Assembly (NCBI GenBank): GCA_047947115.1
Contig: CP170459.1
Location: 4,832,001 to 4,896,000, forward strand
Origin: Verrucomicrobiota bacterium
GTDB taxonomy: Bacteria; Verrucomicrobiota; Verrucomicrobiia; Limisphaerales; AAA164-E04
DNA length: 64,000 bases
Direction of reading: 5' to 3'
Shown: positions 1-8,504 of the stretch, in pieces
Numbering within the stretch: the first letter of the stretch is position 1
Layout of the letters: each line of letters opens with the position of its first letter
Notes under the pieces: model-generated
The model's input: only the letters and a program-made list of their open reading frames with translations
The model's database searches: none
What the model was told of the DNA's origin: nothing
Program-made: the position numbers and the translations under genes

Positions 1-102
1 CTTGTAGTAGACATTTCCGTTGGGGTAATGCTCCTTGAAGTAATGTTGAGCAGCATCGACTGCTGAATCGATGTCTAGAGCGATGTCTGTCTCCTCCATC
101 AT
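1..102 (-). CDS. Hypothetical protein, runs off window edge (MMEETDIALDIDSAVDAAQHYFKEHYPNGNVYYK...)
   Basis: Hand translation. The ATG at 102 directly follows the TAA of the upstream ORF, and the frame is open to position 1. Confidence 0.5.
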   Translation of the reverse strand, partial: MMEETDIALDIDSAVDAAQHYFKEHYPNGNVYYK

Positions 103-243
103 TTATTGATACTCAGCTGCACTCAATTTGAAGGGAACGGAAGAGCCAACGACTTCATCTGGTAATATTGGTTCCGATAATCCAAGTAATCCATAGAAAT
201 GTCGAGCCTCCAGCTTTTGGCGAGTTGCTGTGCGGACATTCAT
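103..243 (-). CDS. Small hypothetical protein, 46 aa (MNVRTATRQKLEARHFYGLLGLSEPILPDEVVGSSVPFKLSAAEYQ)
   Basis: Hand translation. ATGA overlap with the stop of the upstream ORF at 240-243; below the ORF-track size cutoff. Confidence 0.5.
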   Translation of the reverse strand: MNVRTATRQKLEARHFYGLLGLSEPILPDEVVGSSVPFKLSAAEYQ

Positions 244-515
244 ATTCCCACCTCCATTTTTGGGTGGGACCACATTGCTCTTGGAATGTTATTGCTGCCT
301 CTCAAGTTGCTGCGCTGATAAACATTAGTTTTCTTGCATAGGCCACGGCTTTGAGCAGATCGCAGGACTCTTGCCCAGTCTCGAGAATCTGGCACTTTGT
401 CAATTTGCTTCGCCTCGACCAGAAGTCGAAGGTGATCAGTTGAAAACATGGTCATCTGTTCCGTTAGGAATTTGATAACCCCGTCATATTTTGTAATGTA
501 ATACGATTTTTTCAT
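240..515 (-). CDS. Phage-like hypothetical protein, possible winged-helix DNA binder
   Basis: Basic ~91-aa ORF (likely start MKKSYY at 515). The pattern W-x-x-V-L-R-x-A-x-x-x-G-L...P-x-x-x-W is reminiscent of small phage proteins. Overlaps both neighbours. Confidence 0.55.
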   Translation of the reverse strand: MKKSYYITKYDGVIKFLTEQMTMFSTDHLRLLVEAKQIDKVPDSRDWARVLRSAQSRGLCKKTNVYQRSNLRGSNNIPRAMWSHPKMEVGI

Positions 516-1362
516 ATTGTTTTGAGTATTTAAAAGATTCAGCGGCTTCATTTCCGATGCGTTCGAACATCATGCAAATGGCGTCAGGGCTGCAGAGGAC
601 AATTTCCTCGTCTAACTCTTTTCGATGTCCTGTGAGGATCCATCCATTTCTCAGATACAAGGCGAGTAGTCGAATCATTGATGGGGATTCTTCTCCGTGT
701 GAATCCTTGATTTTGACTAGTGCCTCACGCCAGTTGGAACCGTTGCGGGTTGATCGAACAGAGTATGGATTTATTCGGCGAGCCCAACCCCACAACATGT
801 AAATTCCATCATTGAAAAGCACATCAGCACAGTCATTGATGAATCTGAACATCCGCAGACCATTGCCTTGTCTTTCAACATTGTCTTGCACGATATATTT
901 GATGTGAGCATGACGTGATTTGATCCCAAACCTGTCATTGTCTTCGAAAAAGCTGAAATCGCAGCAATAGCCATCGGAAGCTTTCAACCTGTAGATGTCC
1001 ACAAAGCGCACATGGTGATCAAAGCCTTGCCAGCTGTAATATTCTTCTCCTTTGACATGAAACATTTGGAGGTGCGGCTGACGTGATTTGATCAGATCAA
1101 GAATGTTCAAAATCTCCTGATGATAATTTGAGTGTGTTTGTTCCTCAAAATCATCCATTTCGTAGTGAAGGGAGATGTTCTCTTTAGCTTTCTCGTATTC
1201 TCGATCTTGAAGATATCTTTCTGCTTTTGTGCCACGAACGAGTTCCGACAGATCGTGAAACACGCCTAAAGAATGGCCCGCCAGACAATTTGACATTGCG
1301 CCATATCTGAGGTCCATCTGAGCCCTTAAAGCGGCAGCGGATATGAAGTCATGAGAGAACAC
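484..1362 (-). CDS. Hypothetical protein with GNAT acetyltransferase-like motifs
   Basis: HIKYIV...ERQGNGLRMF resembles GNAT motif A (R/Q-x-x-G-x-G). LLALYLRNGW resembles the C-terminal (F/L)Y-x-x-x-G-(F/W) motif. Start uncertain. Confidence 0.5.
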   Translation of the reverse strand: MFSHDFISAAALRAQMDLRYGAMSNCLAGHSLGVFHDLSELVRGTKAERYLQDREYEKAKENISLHYEMDDFEEQTHSNYHQEILNILDLIKSRQPHLQMFHVKGEEYYSWQGFDHHVRFVDIYRLKASDGYCCDFSFFEDNDRFGIKSRHAHIKYIVQDNVERQGNGLRMFRFINDCADVLFNDGIYMLWGWARRINPYSVRSTRNGSNWREALVKIKDSHGEESPSMIRLLALYLRNGWILTGHRKELDEEIVLCSPDAICMMFERIGNEAAESFKYSKQYEKIVLHYKI

Positions 1363-1819
1363 TACATTGATTTACACATGAAATGACACAACTAACCCAA
1401 AAAGTTTTCATTTTTGCAAAAAAAAGAGAGACACCGTTTTGATTTCCCTCATTAACCACGCCAAGTGGTGTTGTTGTGTTTGCTGAACAGGTTATTTGTT
1501 CAGTGTTGAATACATGGGCATGTGACTTTTTCGCACCTTGTTCTGAATCCATATTAGTCGATATTTGTCGGTGCTCCATCGAAGACTGATTGATTTGGTC
1601 GCTTTTGCTCATGAGGCCTCCGATTTTAGCGGCAAAGTTGTTTGATATGCAGATTATTCAGGTATGCCGATTTAAAATGTGCAAAAAACCCAGTAAAAAA
1701 GCTATTTCGAATATATTATGCAGAACATTTGACATCTAGGGGTATGTGTGAGTAATCTTCGAGATATTATTCAGTAAAAGATAAAAAGTCTTAGTATATT
1801 CAAAAAAAATTTTGCGAGG

Positions 1820-3451
1820 ATGAGCGGCTTCAAACGACAAAATCAGACGACTCAGGGCGTTCTACTCTTCACGCTGGTTCTGGACGGGAAAAAGATTGAT
1901 AGAGAATATATTATTACAAAATTAAATAGCCGCAAAATTACTCATGTGCGGCGAACTCTGATGGATGATCCATCAACCCCTCTCGACCTATCCCAAGAAA
2001 ACCCCAAAAACCTCGTCAATGTTGCTCATTGGCTTCATGCGATGAGAAAAGATGCCCCGAGCAACTACATCTGGTTGATTTATTTCATCACCATCTTCTG
2101 TAGCTATCGTTGGCCTGATCGCAAAAAGAAGAGATACGAAGAGTTTGTGAACATTCCGGCAACTGTATGGGAGAGTCACATTACCGTTCGAGCCATCCCG
2201 ATCATTCTCAATATTTTGCAAGCTGCTGAAGTTTTGATGCGGAATCATCGGTATCTTTCTGCCGCAGCTGCCCAAAAGGTGAAGAAGGAACCATTTAGCA
2301 AGAGCTTGGCAATATTTCAGAGCCCCAAAGTGCGGTATTCCAGCATCACAAGTGTTTCCTTGCCAGAACTTGACACTGTCAATGTCTTTCACAACGACAA
2401 CTGGCTAAAAGCAAAAGCAGAACTTCCCATTACAGGAGATTTGAACACTTCTGAAGTGATCAAAACAAATCTTAGCAAGTTGCGGCTTGATCCTGATGTA
2501 CTCACAGATGTTGATGCATACGATTACGCAAAAGATCCGAAGATCGTTTCTCAAGGAGCAGATCCGAACAGAGCCAAAGAATGGGACAAGATGTTTTTGA
2601 CGAAAATTCTTACTTTTGCCTCTCCAGACCTGAAACCATCAGAAGTTGAAAGCTGGAATCTTACCTGCACCTACCATGAACACACTGGGAGGTGTTACCA
2701 TTCCTTTTCAAACTTTCCATCCCGTTGGAGACACAAGCTGAAGGTAAAAGGTGCCCATATCTGGAACATTGACGCTAGTGCTTGCCATCCATTTTTGATG
2801 ATCAAGTTATATGAGCTTTCGCATCATCCGCCATCAATGGTTGCGCTTGAGCGGAAGAATTACAAAAAGAGATTTTCTCATAACTCAGACTTTTATCTGA
2901 CCGTCGGAGCTCTTGGAGGTATTGAACGCACAACACCTGATCAGAGCGACATCGAGTATCGCAACATGATCAAGCAAGAGGTGCGGACATTCATGAATGC
3001 TCGAAATTCTGTTCAGCGCACAACCCAACTGGATCGTGCTTACAGGAGAAAGTTTCCAGTTCTCGTTGAGACAATGGATAGGGTGAAAACCTCTCTCATG
3101 GTCGACAGAGACTCCAGCACAATCAAAAAAATGGAGGAGAGAGCAAGGAAATCGAATTCAAAAGGATCAGACAAGGTTCATACATGGAAAGACTTTCTTT
3201 ATCTGCAGATGTCATATTTCACCAGTCTATGGGAAGGTGAATTGATCATTAAGAAAGTTTGTCATCAACTTGCTCATGAGCCCGTGATCATTGATGGCAA
3301 GCCCTACAAACCGTTCTTCTTTCCGCTTCACGACGCAATCATCACGACGAGGAACTTTGTGCGCCCGATCAAAAAGCTTTTGAAATCAACATTTGTTGAT
3401 GAGTGTGGTGCCACACCGCCGTTCAAAGAAGAGAAGCTAGCGAAAGAATGA
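1820..3451 (+). CDS. Family A DNA polymerase / T7-RNAP-like palm-domain protein (TV-Pol-like), probable replication or priming protein of the element
   Basis: Ordered motifs TGRCYH (pre-A), IDASACHP (motif A Asp), RNMIK (motif B RxxxK) and PLHDAII (motif C HD). No exonuclease motifs seen. Confidence 0.7.
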   Translation: MSGFKRQNQTTQGVLLFTLVLDGKKIDREYIITKLNSRKITHVRRTLMDDPSTPLDLSQENPKNLVNVAHWLHAMRKDAPSNYIWLIYFITIFCSYRWPDRKKKRYEEFVNIPATVWESHITVRAIPIILNILQAAEVLMRNHRYLSAAAAQKVKKEPFSKSLAIFQSPKVRYSSITSVSLPELDTVNVFHNDNWLKAKAELPITGDLNTSEVIKTNLSKLRLDPDVLTDVDAYDYAKDPKIVSQGADPNRAKEWDKMFLTKILTFASPDLKPSEVESWNLTCTYHEHTGRCYHSFSNFPSRWRHKLKVKGAHIWNIDASACHPFLMIKLYELSHHPPSMVALERKNYKKRFSHNSDFYLTVGALGGIERTTPDQSDIEYRNMIKQEVRTFMNARNSVQRTTQLDRAYRRKFPVLVETMDRVKTSLMVDRDSSTIKKMEERARKSNSKGSDKVHTWKDFLYLQMSYFTSLWEGELIIKKVCHQLAHEPVIIDGKPYKPFFFPLHDAIITTRNFVRPIKKLLKSTFVDECGATPPFKEEKLAKE

Positions 3452-3794
3452 CCAGATCATTTGTCAGCTGGTTTCAAGGGGGGGGAGTATGGCAAATCAG
3501 TGAAAGGCATGAAGCGCCTATCCTGAACGGGCTAGGGGTTTCCCGCTGTGGAATTGTATGTTACTTTGCCAATATTTGACTGATTTTTGCGCGCAAATTC
3601 TTTATTTTAGTGCTCTTTTTAATGGATTGGGTCTTTTTTACACCAAAAAGCACTAAAAGACCCGTAGCATTTCACATACTGTTTCGTCGTTTTTGATATG
3701 AGCGTAATAAGGTTAGCTTATATGGATTGGATATTGATTGCAAAACTCTAATTCAATAAGAGCACCTTCATCATTTTACACAAAATAGGGAAAA

Positions 3795-4712
3795 ATGAAC
3801 ATGGAAACAGTAAAGGGTTTTAGCAACCTTTATATGTTGTTGATCGGACCTCCGGGTACAGGCAAATCCATGCTGGCCAAACGCATTCCAGGGATCCTTC
3901 CGCCATTGACCCTCAATGAAGCATTGGAAACCACCAAAATTCACAGCATCGTCGGGCTTCTGGATCCCGGACAAGCACTGGTCACACACCGCCCCTTTCG
4001 CACCCCCCATCACACCGCAAGCGACGCCGGGCTTCTGGGCGGCAACGCGCATCCTTCTCCGGGCGAGATATCCCTTGCCCATAACGGAGTGCTGTTTCTG
4101 GACGAACTGCCGGAGTTCCGCAGGAGCGTGCTCGAAACCCTGCGTCAGCCTTTGGAGGAAAACAAAGTCACCATCTCGCGCGCGGCGGGCACGGTCACCT
4201 TTCCCGCCCGTTTCATGTTGATCGCCGCCATGAATCCAACGCCCGATGGAAAAATGCCGGACGAAAGCCGTTGCAGTCCCCGTGAGATCCAAAACTATCT
4301 CGGACGCATCTCGGGACCGCTGTTGGATCGAATCGATTTGCACATCGAAGTCCCCAGCGTGCCCTTTGACAAAATCTCCGGCATGCAGTCGGGCGAAAGC
4401 TCGCAAACCATCCGGCAACGAGTCATTCAGGCGCGGGAAATTCAATTGAAACGCTTTGCGAAAAAGCACGGCATTCCATGCAATGCCAGCATGACACCCC
4501 GTGCATTGAAGGAATGCTGCATCCTCGATGACACATCACTCGAACTCATGAAACAGGCCATGTCCCATGTCGGACTCAGCGCCCGGGCCTATGATCGCAT
4601 CCTCAAGGTCGCGCGTACCATCGCCGATCTTGCTGGAAGGGAAACCATCGCATCGGATCACATCATGGAAGCCATTCAATTCAGAGAACTGGATCGACAG
4701 ATTTGGTCCTGA
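3795..4712 (+). pseudogene. comM: 3' part of YifB/ComM Mg-chelatase-like AAA+ ATPase, N-terminus replaced by element-derived sequence
   Basis: GPPGTGKS Walker [58 protein letters not shown]. Lacks the N-terminal region up to the usual AAAGGHN motif. Confidence 0.92.
3806..3838. other. Imperfect inverted repeat at the element/comM junction (att-like site)
   Basis: aacagtaaagggtt-ttagc-aacctttatatgtt; the right arm ends where ComM-like coding begins. Confidence 0.55.
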
Positions 4713-4782
4713 TCAGGCCTGCATCCAGCGTTGTGATTTGGTTGAAACTGAGTTAAAAACCAACCATCACGATTCAACAGCC

Positions 4783-6129
4783 ATGAAAAACCTGCTCATC
4801 ATTTGTTCGACACTGATCGTTGCTATGAGTTCACTCCAGGCGACGCAACCCAACATTGTTTTTGTGTTGGCCGACGACCTGGGTTGGGGGGATGTGGCGT
4901 TTCACGGAGGGATCACCCCCACCCCGCATCTGAACCAGCTTGCGCGCGAGGGACTCGAACTAACACAGCATTACGTCGCACCGGTTTGCAGCCCGACGCG
5001 TTCGGGCTTTCTGACCGGACGCTACTGGAGCCGTTTTAATATCACCAACCCCATCAACACAAGAGGCCTCCCCTGGAACACCGTCACTCTGCCGAAAGCG
5101 CTTAAAGAGATCGGATATGACACCTGCCTGATCGGCAAATGGCACCTTGGTTCAAAACCGGAATGGGGACCGAACCGGTACGGGTTCGACCATGCCTATG
5201 GATCACTCGCCGGAGGGATCAGTCCTTGGAATCATCGATACAAAAAAGGAGACTACACCCTAACTTGGCATCGTAACGGCGAACTCATCGAGGAAGAAGG
5301 GCATGTCACTGATCTTCTCACCCGGGAAGCTGTCGGGTGGATACATGAACGCGACGAGACACCTTTCCTGCTCTATGTGCCTTTCACTGCAGTGCACCTG
5401 CCGTTGAAGGAGCCGACTGAATGGTTGAACCAAGTTTCAGACTCCATCACGGACGAAGTCAGTCGTCACTATTCAGCAAGCGTCATGCACCTGGACGACT
5501 CCGTCGGAAAAATTGTCAAGGCTTTGGAACAAGCCGGCAAACGGGAAAACACTTTGTTCATTTTCTCAAGCGACAACGGGGGAAGCACGACGGAAAACAA
5601 CGATCTCAAGTACCCGGACGACCATTGTCCCAACGGCAGACTCCCCGGTAACAATCTTCCGCTCCGGGGACAAAAAGGAACGATCTATGAAGGAGGCACC
5701 CGGGTGCCCACATTGGTCTCCTGGCCGGGGCACATTAAATCCGGCAAAAACAATACTCCGGTTCATATCACTGATTGGATGCCGACCTTCTGCGCGCTTG
5801 CAAGCTACGTCTCCCACACGGGATTGAACTGGGATGGCACCGATTTGTCTGAATTATTGAGGGGAAAACCGATCAACCTCAAAGATCGTTTCATTTACAG
5901 TGCCGCACCAAACTGGCGCGCCTCATCGCTTCGACAAGGTGATTGGAAACTCATCGTCACTGAACGCAAACCGGCGAACGAGATCGAGCTCTTCAACATC
6001 ACCAAAGATCCGAGTGAATCCTTCAATCTGGCAAGCGTCGAATCACAACGGGTCGCCATGATGCTCAAGCAATTGAAAGCATCCGCGACCGCCGATGGCG
6101 AAGCAAAGGTTGACGAATCCAATGAATGA
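4783..6129 (+). CDS. Arylsulfatase (formylglycine-dependent), secreted
   Basis: Signal peptide, PNIVFVLADDLG, CSPTR signature, GKWHLG, SDNG. Confidence 0.93.
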   Translation: MKNLLIICSTLIVAMSSLQATQPNIVFVLADDLGWGDVAFHGGITPTPHLNQLAREGLELTQHYVAPVCSPTRSGFLTGRYWSRFNITNPINTRGLPWNTVTLPKALKEIGYDTCLIGKWHLGSKPEWGPNRYGFDHAYGSLAGGISPWNHRYKKGDYTLTWHRNGELIEEEGHVTDLLTREAVGWIHERDETPFLLYVPFTAVHLPLKEPTEWLNQVSDSITDEVSRHYSASVMHLDDSVGKIVKALEQAGKRENTLFIFSSDNGGSTTENNDLKYPDDHCPNGRLPGNNLPLRGQKGTIYEGGTRVPTLVSWPGHIKSGKNNTPVHITDWMPTFCALASYVSHTGLNWDGTDLSELLRGKPINLKDRFIYSAAPNWRASSLRQGDWKLIVTERKPANEIELFNITKDPSESFNLASVESQRVAMMLKQLKASATADGEAKVDESNE

Positions 6130-6183
6130 TCGCAAATCCGGCACGAGCATCCCCTTACTCATGAAATTGATGAGCATCCACTG

Positions 6184-7521
6184 TTATGCTGCATCCTTGG
6201 ACTTTGGTGTGACGCGAAGTCGTTCGATCAAGTGCCCCTCAACTTTGACAACTTCCATGACATGCCCCAGTTCTTCCACCTTATCTCCAGTTTGAGGAAA
6301 TCCTCCAAGTTTGTGGGTGATCCATCCACTGACGGTATTGATTCCCTCTTCCTGAATGGGGATTCCAAGGCATTCGGACAATTCATGCAAGGGCAGTTGC
6401 CCCATCACATCCAGACTTCCGTCCTCATGACGAATCACCAGCGGCTGTTCCTGATCGAATTCATCCTGAATTTCACCGACCAATTCCTCCAGAATATCTT
6501 CAAGAGTGATCATACCAACCGTGGTGCCATACTCGTCCACCACCATGGCCAGATGTAATTTGTTCTTCAGCAGCAGGCGCAGTGCTTTTTCCAAACGGGC
6601 GGTTTCAGACAGATGCAGGATTCGACGAGCGATCTGCTTCAAATCAGCACCGCTTTCAAGTCGATCCCGCATGGAATAAAGTTCTTTGAAATGAATCACT
6701 CCCAAGGCGTGGTCGGGATCCGAAGCATGACAAAGCGGGTACCTGGAGTATCGCTCCTTGTTGGCAATCTCCAGACAACGGTGCAAGGTCATGTCAGTGG
6801 ACAGGAGGGTAATTTCCGGCCTGGGTTGCATGACCTCCCGCACCAGACGTTCACGCAGTTCCATTGCGTTGAACATGATTTCCTCCTCCAGATCCGTCCC
6901 GCCCTGCTTTTGGTGTGAATCGGAAATCAACAATCTGAGTTCCTCGGCGGAATGCATGTGATCATGTTCCGAGACGTGTTCAATGCCCGCCCAACGCAGC
7001 ATGCGATTGGAAGCATGGTTGAGGGCCCAGATGAAGGGGTAGGAAATCTTGAGAAAGAACCACAACGGCCGTGCCACCCACAGGGAAGTCGGCAGTGGAT
7101 GCTGGATCGCCATCAATTTGGGGGCCTGTTCTCCCGCAGTGATGTGAAGGAAGGTGATGACGGAAAACCCGAACAAAAAGGACAGGGTATGCTGCAGATG
7201 TTCAGATTCAACATTCGCCGCGTTCATGACAGGCTCCAGGAGCGCGCCGAAAACCGGTTCCCCAACCCAACCCAACGCCAAACTTGCGAGGGTTATACCG
7301 AGCTGACAGGCGCTCAACGATGAGTCCAGGTTTTCAAGCACCTGGTGTGCCATGCGGGCTTTTCGATTGCCTGCCTGAATCAAAGGCTTCAGTTGTGATC
7401 CGCGAATCTTGACCAATGCAAATTCCGCGGCCACAAAAAAGCCATTCAACATGACCAGGAACAAGACGAAAGCCACCTGTAGGAGAATCCATATGGCCTG
7501 ATATGATTCCATGGTGTTCAA
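6184..7521 (-). CDS. Hemolysin-family CNNM (DUF21)-CBS-CorC protein
   Basis: NGFFVAAEFALV, QLGITLASLALG, YSRYP, VVDEYG...TLEDILEELVGEIQDEFD, C-terminal CorC domain. Confidence 0.93.
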   Translation of the reverse strand: MNTMESYQAIWILLQVAFVLFLVMLNGFFVAAEFALVKIRGSQLKPLIQAGNRKARMAHQVLENLDSSLSACQLGITLASLALGWVGEPVFGALLEPVMNAANVESEHLQHTLSFLFGFSVITFLHITAGEQAPKLMAIQHPLPTSLWVARPLWFFLKISYPFIWALNHASNRMLRWAGIEHVSEHDHMHSAEELRLLISDSHQKQGGTDLEEEIMFNAMELRERLVREVMQPRPEITLLSTDMTLHRCLEIANKERYSRYPLCHASDPDHALGVIHFKELYSMRDRLESGADLKQIARRILHLSETARLEKALRLLLKNKLHLAMVVDEYGTTVGMITLEDILEELVGEIQDEFDQEQPLVIRHEDGSLDVMGQLPLHELSECLGIPIQEEGINTVSGWITHKLGGFPQTGDKVEELGHVMEVVKVEGHLIERLRVTPKSKDAA

Positions 7522-8504
7522 ATATGCACTTCGCCAAACACGGTTTTCAGAATATCCCGTATATTCACCCAGCCGACCTCTTTCTTCTGGGCATTCATCA
7601 CAAGTCCAACACGCTGACCTGCTTCCTGCATTTTGCGCAACGCGTCATCAGCGGTCATGTCTTCGGGCAAGTGCATCACTCCTGTCAAGTGTTGCCTCAC
7701 TTTGTCGTGACGTTTGGACTCCCAATCGTAAAGCAGGGGTTTCAGATTCAATGCCCCCAGAAACACCTTGCGCCCTTTCTGCTCATCAAAAACAGGCATC
7801 CGCAACAAACGCGTCTCACGGGATTGGGCAATGGCGTCCTCTATGGTTGAATCCGCGCTGATGGATACCACATGCTGCAATGGAATCATCATATGACTCA
7901 GCGTGTTGTTCTGAAGTTCCATCACTCGGTCAATCATCGAGCGTTCTTCGCTGGAAAGGTTCTGCCCCGAGGCCTGCATGACCCGTCTCATTTCCTCGCG
8001 ATCCGAAAACATCCTTCCGGTCAACACTTCCCCGCCTCCGAACTTCAACAACAAGTCCGCAAGCCCCGACACGATCACCACCAACGGACTCAGCATCCAG
8101 TGAAACAATCGATAAGGACGCACAGAAATGACTGTCAGACGATTGGGATACTTCCGGTAAAGCATTTTGGGCAGCAAATCGCAGAAGGTGTAAATCACAA
8201 GCAGCAGCACCAACAGCATCAAGGCAGGAATCAACGGATTGCCATGCATCACTTTCCGTAATCCGATCAGCAACGGCGCGACAATCAGGAAATTGGCCAG
8301 GGTGTTGCCCACCAGAATCGTCCAGAGGAAATATTCCGCATCCTCCATGTAACGGAGCAGTGCTTCGGCATGTCGGTCTCCTTTTTTGGCCTGACGCCTG
8401 ATGCGCAGCTTGTCCATGCAGGTGATCCCCGATTCCATCCCCGAAAACAGGAAAGAAAGAGCCAGACCAGCCACAAATCCAAGAATCAATAAAACCGATA
8501 TCAT
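7518..8504 (-). CDS. CNNM (DUF21)-CBS protein without CorC domain
   Basis: SFLFSGMESG, TILVGNTLAN, DLLPK, CBS pair. ATGA overlaps with both neighbours. Confidence 0.88.
   Translation of the reverse strand: MISVLLILGFVAGLALSFLFSGMESGITCMDKLRIRRQAKKGDRHAEALLRYMEDAEYFLWTILVGNTLANFLIVAPLLIGLRKVMHGNPLIPALMLLVLLLVIYTFCDLLPKMLYRKYPNRLTVISVRPYRLFHWMLSPLVVIVSGLADLLLKFGGGEVLTGRMFSDREEMRRVMQASGQNLSSEERSMIDRVMELQNNTLSHMMIPLQHVVSISADSTIEDAIAQSRETRLLRMPVFDEQKGRKVFLGALNLKPLLYDWESKRHDKVRQHLTGVMHLPEDMTADDALRKMQEAGQRVGLVMNAQKKEVGWVNIRDILKTVFGEVHI

Larger units (their letters stand above)
1..3838. mobile_element. Right-hand end of an integrative element/prophage-like island inserted in comM
   Basis: Visibly AT-richer than the rest of the window, with orphan or phage-like ORFs and a polymerase-like gene. 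Composition switches abruptly at ~3835, exactly where ComM homology begins ([12 protein letters not shown]). The 5' half of comM is absent and no integrase lies inside the window. Confidence 0.85.

Noticed and set aside
1349..1612. 87-aa ORF in the element
   Set aside because: No recognisable motif, and it crosses long A/T runs. It may be real but cannot be supported.
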